From positions 12,246,741-12,310,740 of the forward strand of contig OZ037768.1 in NCBI GenBank assembly GCA_964035545.1: 64,000 bases of DNA. Direction: 5' to 3'. Source of the stretch: Bugula neritina. Taxonomy: Eukaryota > Animalia > Bryozoa. The position numbers and the translations under genes were made by a program. Shown here piece by piece: positions 57,298-64,000 of the stretch; positions within the stretch are counted from its first letter, which is position 1, and each line of letters begins with the position of its first letter. The notes beneath the pieces are model-generated. The model saw only the letters and a program-made list of their open reading frames with translations. It was not told the origin of the DNA and did no database searches.

Positions 57298-57315
57298 TGG
57301 TGGCAGCGGTGGGAT
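57298..57315 (+). promoter_or_regulatory. Primer-binding site complementary to the tRNA-Leu 3' end
   Basis: TGGTGGCAGCGGTGGGAT is the reverse complement of ATCCCACCGCTGCCA-CCA, the conserved 3' end of animal tRNA-Leu(AAG/UAG). Confidence 0.9.
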
Positions 57316-57327
57316 AGTGCATCCAAG

Positions 57328-58281
57328 ATGGAGACTGAAAATGCTGGAACTCAACCACCGGCAATCGAAGGTGAGCGTAGAGACAATGCTGTAGAGACAA
57401 TGCCTGTTAACCATGTAGTAGAAGAGCGAAGGGTTCCGCGAGAACTAGCTGAGGACCGCTACAGGTTAAAGGCGCCCACCTTCACGGGTGAAGAGGAGGT
57501 GGAACAATTTATCCAAGAGTTTAGCGACGTAATGGACGTCGCTCAGTGGCCCCCTAGGGTAGCCTTGCTGAAGTTTAGAATGGCATTGATGGACAAAGCC
57601 AAGCCCTATGGGCTGGGCGTAGACATTGATAATATCTTTGCTTCTCTGCGGGCCCGCTTTGGCCTCTCTGCTACAGATGCCAGGGCCCGATTGCAGAGGT
57701 TGCGGCGTGATCCCCGCACCCCGCTGCGGGAGCATGCCGCCGCGGTCATGAAGCTGGCACAGATCGCGTACAGCGACTTGCCCCCAGTCAACCGCGAGAG
57801 GTATACCCTCGACGCTTTCATAGCATCTGTCGACGATCTGGGTCTCCACCACCAGTTTCTAGCTAGGGGAGTCACCACCGTTGAAGATGCTCTGACTGAG
57901 GGGGAAGCTTACCTCCTAGCTAATCAAATGCATAAAAGTCGCGGAAGCTCCCGCCAAGTGGAGATAGACCGCGCAGACACGGCCGCGGGACAAGGGGAGG
58001 AAACCCCCGCCGCGGCTGCCGTGTCCCAGTTGGCGACGGCATCAAAAGTCACTCAACTGACGGACATGCTAGCCAAGCTGATAGCAACACTGACACCACA
58101 AAACCCAGTGAGTACCGCCCCTGAGCCCATGCGGCCATCGGCGCCGCCATAGGGAGAAACGGTCAGTTTTTGCTGGGAGTGCGGAAATCAAGGACATTTC
58201 CGCCGATATTGTCCCTTCCTAAATCAGGGGTTAAACTACCGCGGCCCGCAGATGTTCCCACCTTCCGCGGGCCGACGATGA
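57328..58281 (+). CDS. gag: Gypsy gag, interrupted by an in-frame TAG at 58150-58152 before the CCHC zinc knuckle
   Basis: ORF 57328-58152 has the capsid-like motif KAPTFTGEEEVEQFI. The same frame continues after the TAG as GETVSFCWECGNQGHFRRYCPFLNQGLNYRGPQMFPPSAGRR* and ends at TGA 58279-58281. Confidence 0.88.
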
Positions 58282-58295
58282 AACCTCCAGGGAAG
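58230..58295 (+). promoter_or_regulatory. -1 programmed ribosomal frameshift signal (gag to pol)
   Basis: G_TTA_AAC at 58230-58236 in the gag frame, a 5-nt spacer, and an 8-bp GC stem CGGCCCGC (58242-58249) / GCGGGCCG (58267-58274). Loop TTCCC could pair with GGGAA at about 58290. Pol is in the -1 frame. Confidence 0.8.
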
Positions 58296-61200
58296 AAGAA
58301 ACGCAGGTCACCCAGACGGGTACCGCGTACTGGCAACCAACAGTGGCAACAGCCACGACGGACCAGCAAGGGGCTTCGCCCCGCAGCTGCCTTTTCTATG
58401 CCCCTTCACAACAGATTCACAGGGCTACAAGTCCAAGAATCTGGATGGGAGCCCACAAAGGTAGCTGAGAATCTAGCCTCGGCACCCCCGAGGCCTACCT
58501 ACCACCGCCCTAAGAGACCTCCTTCGCGACCCAAAGCGAGGGAGGTACTCCCTGCGAGAGTAAGGCCTGAAGGGAGAGTTCAGGTGCAGCCCCATGGGAA
58601 CAGCTATTTCTTGCCCGGTAAACTGGAAGGCAAAGCTGTTACTTTCCTCATTGATTCGGGCTGTACCACAAACCTCTTAAGCCGCCAACTCTTCGACACC
58701 CTCAGTACTAGGGTCAGGGGCGAGATGGAAGCATACGAAGGGGAATACGGCACCCTCGCTGACGGGTCGTGCCTTCCCTTCTATGGTATAATTGAGCTGA
58801 CGGGACGAGTCCGTGATCAAACGATCCAAGAGACGTTCATCGTCAGTCAGCTCAAGGAGGATGCTATCCTCGGGATGCCGTTCCTTAAACGGCACGGATG
58901 TCACATAGATTTTAGCAGATCTGCAATGATGATGTCCGGGCGGGAACTCGCCTGCGTCGACAAGTTCGGCCGCCCTTTAGTGGGAGGTGTGCAAGTGGTA
59001 CGCAACCGTATCATACCAGGCCGCTCCCGGGCTACCATTCACTGCAGGGTGAATAGTAGCCGGATCTCTGGACTCGGGGTGGTTGAAGGCGCGCACGAAA
59101 AGATCCAACTTGCCAGCAGTCTGAATCAGCTGACTGAGCAAGGGGAGATCTTAGTGCAGTGCGTCAACCCCTTTACCGAGCCTATCAAGCTCCCGGCTGG
59201 GTCGATGCTGGGCCGTTTTCACTCTGTTCAGGAGGGAGACGTAGGCCCGTCGCTGGGTGATGCGACGGAGGCACCCCCTCAGTGCCCTATTCAGGGACGA
59301 GGGGCAGTCCCAACACATCTCCGGGAGTTATACGAAACAGCCAGTGGCGGCTGCGCGAGTAACAGAGAACGCCAAGCTATGGCCAAGTTACTACGCGACT
59401 ACGGTGATGTGTTCAGCAGCGGAGAGCATGACGTGGGACTGACTGGAATTGTCAGACACAAAATACCGCTGACTGCAGGGACAGTCCCTGTCCGGCAGCC
59501 CACACGCAGGCTGGGGCCGGAGAAAGAGAAGGAGGTTAGCCGACAAGTACGGGATCTTCTGGACCGGGGACTGATAGAGCCCGCCCATAGTGCGTGGAGC
59601 TCGCCAGTCGTACTGGTCCGGAAGAAAGACGGCAGTTGGTGGTTCTGTGTGGACTACCGCAAACTCAATAGCGTAACCATACAGGACGCCTACCCTCTAC
59701 CTCGTATTGACGAGTCATTGGACGCCCTAGCCGGCAGCAAGTACTTCAGTACGTTAGACTTGGTAAGCGGCTATTGGCAGGTTCCTCTGAGTCCCGACGC
59801 CCAAGAGAAAGCGGCGTTTATCACACGGGACGGTTTGTGGAAGTGGAAGGTGCTGCCCTTCGGGTTAACCTCCGCCCCAGCCACCTTCCAGAGGCTGATG
59901 GAACAAGTCCTTAGCGGACTCCATTGGAAGACACTGCTGGTCTACCTCGATGATGTCATCGTAATCTCTCCAGACTTCGAGACACATGTCAGTCGTCTGC
60001 AGGAGGTTTTCGAGAGACTCCGAGGTGCCGGTCTTAAGCTCAAACCTTCCAAGTGCGCTCTATTGCAGCCGGAGGTCAAGTATCTGGGGCACGTTGTCGG
60101 TCGAAACGGCGTGGCAACGGATCCCGAAAAGGTACGGGCAGTAGAAGACTGGGTCACCCCCCAAGACTTGACCGGACTCCGGGCTTTCTTGGGGCTGGTA
60201 GGGTATTACAGGCAATACATACCAGACTTTGCGGGCATAGCCCAGCCGTTAAACCGGCTCACCGCAAAGGGAGTGACGTGGCAGTGGACTCCAGTCGAAC
60301 AAGAAGCGTTCGACCGCCTCAAGGGCTGCCTACTAACGGCGCCCATCTTGGCCTACCCAGACCCCACTCTGGAGTACATCCTAGACACGGACGCCGGTGA
60401 CCAAAATGTTGGCGCTGTGCTGTCACAAGTGCAGGAAGGCCGAGAGGTAGTAGTAGCCTACTACAGCAAGTCTCTCTCACCCGCTGAACGAAATTACTGC
60501 ACTACCCGCAAGGAGCTGCTGGCAGTAATCAAGTCAGTGAAGCACTTCAGACCATACCTATATGGCAGGAAGTTCCGGCTGCGTACGGATCATGCCTCGC
60601 TGATCTGGTTGTGCAGGAGAGCAGAGCCCTCTAGTCAGGTCGCCCGGTGGCTCGAAATCCTAGCTGAATTCTCATACCGGATCAAACATCGACCGGGCAA
60701 GAGACACAGCAATGCGGATGGGTTGAGTCGCCGACCTGACGGAGGTTGCAAACAGTGTCTCAACATCGAGAGGAGGGATGGAGGTCCCCCGCGATGCGAG
60801 TTGGAGACGCTGGCTCATCACGGAGCACCGTTTGACTGGGATCAAGGTCAACTCAGGCAAAGAGTTGATGAGTACCCGGAGGATGTACAAAACCTCCGCG
60901 CCAACCCTGTACTGGCCGGTAATGTTCGAGAGCTGAAGAAGCTCCAAGAAGAGCTGCCTGGAGTCGTGGCAGACATATACCGGGCCAAAAGGGAAGGGCG
61001 ACGACCCAGCGAGGAACGCATACGACAGGGATGCGCCGAGTTCCGGCTATACTGTCAGCGTTGGGACTCGCTGCGGATCGGGCAGGATGGGTTGCTAACC
61101 ATCTCTCTAGCTGCCAGCGGCAGACACCCGGAAAGGAAGAGGGTAGTCTGCCCCACAGCCATCCGCCGTGAGTTGATTTGGGATACTCACAAGCAGGCTC

Positions 61201-62801
61201 ACGCAGGGGTCAAGCGAGTGATGTCCAAATTACGACTTCGGTGGTATTGGCCACAAATGGAGCGTGATGTCCGGCTCAGAGTCAAACAGTGTGAGATCTG
61301 CCAGGCCAGTAAGCATAGCCGCCCCCCTGGTGAAGCAGGACGGCGGAGGCTATACGCTGGTAGGCCCTGGCAAGTAGTCGCTGTAGACCTGGTCGGACCC
61401 ATGCCCCTGACCCCCAGAGGCAACAATTGGATCCTAGTACTAACCGACCACTTTACTAGGTGGGCGGATGCTCTGGCTATCCCAGATGCATCAGCCCCAA
61501 CAGTGGCCAGGGCACTAGACCAACATGTATTCTGTTATTTTGGGCTTCCCGAACAGATACACTCTGATCAAGGCGCTCAATTCCAGTCTCAACTGATGAG
61601 CGACCTTTGCCGCCTCTGGGGAGTAAATCAGAGCAGGACCACCCCCTACCACCCTCAAGGTAACGGGGTGGTGGAGCGCAACAACCGGATGCTAGGTGAT
61701 GCACTCCGGAGTCTCCTCCTTGGACGAGGTCAAGAGGAATGGGATACGGTGTTGCCGCAAGTCATGCGTGCATACCGTAGCACCCCACACACCAGTACTG
61801 GTGAGACCCCAAACCTCTTGATGCTCGGGAGAGAGACTCGTGTCCCTGACCATCTCACCTATCACGTTCCAGAGCAAGATAATTCAGTCCACGAGTATGC
61901 CAGTGAACTAGTGGAACGGATGAAGGCCGCACACGATATACTGCGCCAACAGCAGTGGAAGGTGCGGCACGAAGATTCCGATGAACCACCTCTCTATCAA
62001 AGGGGAGATAAGGTGTGGATGGTCAATTACCGTAGGCGCCGCGGACAGGCTGATAAGCTGAAGCCTAAGTTCGTAGGCCCCTACGTGGTCGTCGAGGCTA
62101 TGCCCAATCATACGTACAAGATTGAGCGCTCAGGACAGGTGTCTATCCAGAATGAGTCTCGCTTGAAACCGTATTGGGCTAGCCCCGGCGAAGTGGGAGA
62201 AGCCCCCCCGTTGTTAGAGCCCAGGAGGCAAACAACAACGCGCGGGCGACGGCGGCATGGACCTGAATACGAAGTGGTCATACCGCGGGAAGAAAACTTG
62301 GTGAGAGAGGAGCGGCAGCTTTTGTCAACAGAAGCGTGTCCGCCACCGCCAAGTCTAATTCCATCACTTCCAGAAACCGAGCCGGTTCCGGAAGTGCAAA
62401 CCCCCACGGAGGGAGGGGCTCCATCCGGAGAACAAGAAGAGGTGACCGCTGACGGTGAAGTAGAGACGCCATTAGAGGCCCCTACTAACGAACCGGCAAG
62501 CGTGTCACCCCCCCTAGAAAGGGGACAGCGTACGAGGCAACCCCCCGCATGCTTGAAGGACTTCGTATGTGACTGCGTTAAAAGCGGCACACAGGAAAGT
62601 CTAGGGGAAAACCGTACGAGAAAAGAATCGAGCAAATGTGGGAGTTGTCAACACCACGGAAATATCAACTTTTGTATCGGCGGAAATAGAAACAAAATTC
62701 ATCCGCCGGGTGCACAAAGTCTTAATCACGCACCCCAACCACGTTGCTCGATCTTTTCATACGCTGATGCAGTCAGGAGTAGACGTGTTTCTAAGCAGTA
62801 G
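58230..62801 (+). CDS. pol: Gypsy pol polyprotein (protease, RT, RNase H, integrase)
   Basis: Uninterrupted ORF with LIDSGC (PR), PFGLTSAPATFQRLM and YLDD (RT), DTDA...ERNYCTTRKELLA (RH), H-x3-H...CEIC (zinc-binding), D-D-E in VAVDLVGP / IHSDQG / VVERNN, and FVGPY. Confidence 0.97.
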   Translation, partial: VKLPRPADVPTFRGPTMKPPGKKKRRSPRRVPRTGNQQWQQPRRTSKGLRPAAAFSMPLHNRFTGLQVQESGWEPTKVAENLASAPPRPTYHRPKRPPSRPKAREVLPARVRPEGRVQVQPHGNSYFLPGKLEGKAVTFLIDSGCTTNLLSRQLFDTLSTRVRGEMEAYEGEYGTLADGSCLPFYGIIELTGRVRDQTIQETFIVSQLKEDAILGMPFLKRHGCHIDFSRSAMMMSGRELACVDKFGRPLVGGVQVVRNRIIPGRSRATIHCRVNSSRISGLGVVEGAHEKIQLASSLNQLTEQGEILVQCVNPFTEPIKLPAGSMLGRFHSVQEGDVGPSLGDATEAPPQCPIQGRGAVPTHLRELYETASGGCASNRERQAMAKLLRDYGDVFSSGEHDVGLTGIVRHKIPLTAGTVPVRQPTRRLGPEKEKEVSRQVRDLLDRGLIEPAHSAWSSPVVLVRKKDGSWWFCVDYRKLNSVTIQDAYPLPRIDESLDALAGSKYFSTLDLVSGYWQVPLSPDAQEKAAFITRDGLWKWKVLPFGLTSAPATFQRLMEQVLSGLHWKTLLVYLDDVIVISPDFETHVSRLQEVFERLRGAGLKLKPSKCALLQPEVKYLGHVVGRNGVATDPEKVRAVEDWVTPQDLTGLRAFLGLVGYYRQYIPDFAGIAQPLNRLTAKGVTWQWTPVEQEAFDRLKGCLLTAPILAYPDPTLEYILDTDAGDQNVGAVLSQVQEGREVVVAYYSKSLSPAERNYCTTRKELLAVIKSVKHFRPYLYGRKFRLRTDHASLIWLCRRAEPSSQVARWLEILAEFSYRIKHRPGKRHSNADGLSRRPDGGCKQCLNIERRDGGPPRCELETLAHHGAPFDWDQGQLRQRVDEYPEDVQNLRANPVLAGNVRELKKLQEELPGVVADIYRAKREGRRPSEERIRQGCAEFRLYCQRWDSLRIGQDGLLTISLAASGRHPERKRVVCPTAIRRELIWDTHKQAHAGVKRVMSKLRLRWYWPQMERDVRLRVKQCEICQASKHSRPPGEAGRRRLYAGRPWQVVAVDLVGPMPLTPRGNNWILVLTDHFTRWADALAIPDASAPTVARALDQHVFCYFGLPEQIHSDQGAQFQSQLMSDLCRLWGVNQSRTTPYHPQGNGVVERNNRMLGDALRSLLLGRGQEEWDTVLPQVMRAYRSTPHTSTGETPNLLMLGRETRVPDHLTYHVPEQDNSVHEYASELVERMKAAHDILRQQQWKVRHEDSDEPPLYQRGDKVWMVNYRRRRGQADKLKPKFVGPYVVVEAMPNHTYKIERSGQVSIQNESRLKPYWASPGEVGEAPPLLEPRRQTTTRGRRRHGPEYEVVIPREENLVREERQLLSTEACPPPPSLIPSLPETEPVPEVQTPTEGGAPSGEQEEVTADGEVETPLEAPTNEPASVSPPLERGQRTRQPPACLKDFVCDCVKSGTQESLGENRTRKESSKCGSCQHHGNINFCIGGNRNKIHPPGAQSLNHAPQPRCSIFSYADAVRSRRVSKQ

Positions 62802-62825
62802 TTCAAACCATTTCACACATTCAGT

Positions 62826-63903
62826 ATGTCTTACGACAACAGATCGTGGGGTGAGTTAACTATATCTTAATACGAAACTAGATTGCATCGCTCAGCTCTG
62901 ACTCACTGAGTCAATCGAGCTGGAGATAGGTTAGTGAAATACCGTAGTAAGAACTCAGTTTGACTTAGAGATTTTTATAATCTCATTGCAATACGTGTTC
63001 TATCTGACTATTCACTACCATTAATCTCTACGAGGTAACTGAATTAGGAGTTGCCAAGCTGTTCAAGCTGACAACACAGCAGTGTACTGTATTAACACTG
63101 TTGAAACTTTTTCAGATTACACTCGACCCGCTACAACCAGGGTACGGGATAGAACACTTCCCGCTCCGTATCCGGAGGAGTATGCTAGTGGTGACCGGCC
63201 TGAGCCACTACGCCGCCGTTGGCGGTGGGTGTCTCCACAAACAGAGGAAGAAATAGAAACGGCCTGGGGGTCCAGAGGACGGACGAGATGCCAGATCTGT
63301 GGTGAAGATTGCGCCTCTCACCGCTCCCTTAAACTACACGTCAATGCTCATCTCCTACTAACATTCTGCCCCTGCGGGTACAATGATGTGTATCCCTACC
63401 CCGTCACCAGACACCGAGCGGCGGGCTGTTTCCCTGGAGAAAACTACGTGGTCGACGCTAAGCTATACCCGGAGTTCCTCACACTTATACGACCTCTGGT
63501 GAAGAAGGCCATGTTGTTAGCCGTTCTGTCCTCGGGGTTCCAACGTGTGTTAGACAACGCCCGCCAACAATCCCCGTTGGTGTCTGACCGTCCTCAAATT
63601 ACATACACCCCCGAGGAAATTACATATCCAGAAGAAGGAGAGATCTCCCCTACACCGGCGAAGAGACGAACCAGGTTCCCCAGTCCACCCTTGCGCCGCA
63701 GACGGACACCGTCCCCAGACCCAGTACGCCTGGCTACAGTAGAAGAACGCCTCCTACGATTACAAGAAGAGTTCACCCAGCTGGCACCAGATTTACTTAA
63801 CACTACCACAGGACTCTTCCAGCTAAAGGGATCCGTATGCCGTATGAAACGGAAACTGCGTACATGCCAAGCCAAGCACCGGCGTGCCCAACAAGGACTC
63901 TAG
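62826..63903 (+). CDS. Predicted spliced accessory ORF3 of the Gypsy element: zinc finger, basic and coiled-coil protein (270 aa)
   Basis: Exon 62826-62850 (ATG...TGG G|GTGAGT) plus exon 63116-63903 (ACTTTTTCAG|AT TAC) join in frame as MSYDNRSWDYTRP... The product contains C-x2-C-x12-H-x3-H, C-x-C-x12-H-x4-C, PAKRRTRFPSPPLRRRRTPSP and C-terminal heptads. Confidence 0.72.
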
Positions 63904-64000
63904 TTAGACTACCCGGAGTACTCCAACTCCGCCTCTTGGGAGAAGCCAAGATGTCATGTAAATGTTTGACTGCTTAACAGGTTATCCCCTGTCTAACACC

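Larger units (their letters stand above)
56992..64000 (+). mobile_element. Ty3/Gypsy LTR retrotransposon (3' LTR beyond the window), antisense within a lipase intron
   Basis: LTR-like TG...CA segment, tRNA-Leu PBS, gag, pol in PR-RT-RH-IN order and a sharp GC increase relative to host DNA. Confidence 0.96.

Noticed and set aside
57466-63875. Antisense and alternative-frame ORFs inside the Gypsy element (for example 62108-62635, 175 aa)
   Set aside because: Expected shadows of GC-rich coding sequence, with no recognisable motifs.
63082-63903. ORF3 as an envelope gene, or as an unspliced GTG-initiated ORF
   Set aside because: No signal peptide or clear TM anchor; zinc fingers and a basic tract point to a nuclear protein. 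The first 11 codons overlap the branch point and acceptor.
2537-64000. Functional link between the piRNA helicase gene and the nearby Gypsy element
   Set aside because: They are more than 40 kb and four genes apart; proximity in an animal genome is not evidence of a system.

Overview
AT-rich, intron-dense animal (invertebrate-like) genomic DNA. Exons were reconstructed by hand from splice signals and protein motifs. Host genes, left to right: a single-exon MS4A/CD20-like four-TM gene (+, 901-1338) with a CCAAT/TATA/Inr promoter; the C-terminal helicase half of a MOV10L1/Armitage-type RNA helicase (+, 2537-15572); a 24-exon gene for an approximately 1077-aa protein with two calponin-homology-like domains, a coiled coil and ankyrin repeats (-, 16122-28156; one GC-AG intron); ANKS3 (-, 35079-40335); WDR37 (+, 46896-53663); and the 3' part of a pancreatic-lipase-family gene (-, 54087-56458). 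Introns and intergenic DNA hold several non-autonomous TIR elements, an RTE-type LINE fragment, a tRNA-like fragment, minisatellites and two fold-back palindromes. From about 56992 to the window end lies a Ty3/Gypsy LTR retrotransposon with a tRNA-Leu PBS, gag, a -1 frameshift signal and PR-RT-RH-IN pol, inserted antisense in a lipase intron. The most notable signal is downstream of pol: an apparent intron-containing accessory gene (ATG mini-exon 62826-62850 spliced to 63116-63903). It would encode a 270-aa protein with zinc fingers, an Arg/SP-rich basic tract and a leucine-zipper-like coil, in the position where env usually sits. The gag-pol junction is also unusual, with an in-frame UAG before the zinc knuckle, a GUUAAAC slip site with a hairpin, and an AUGA overlap. 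All family assignments come from recalled motifs; no database searches were run.
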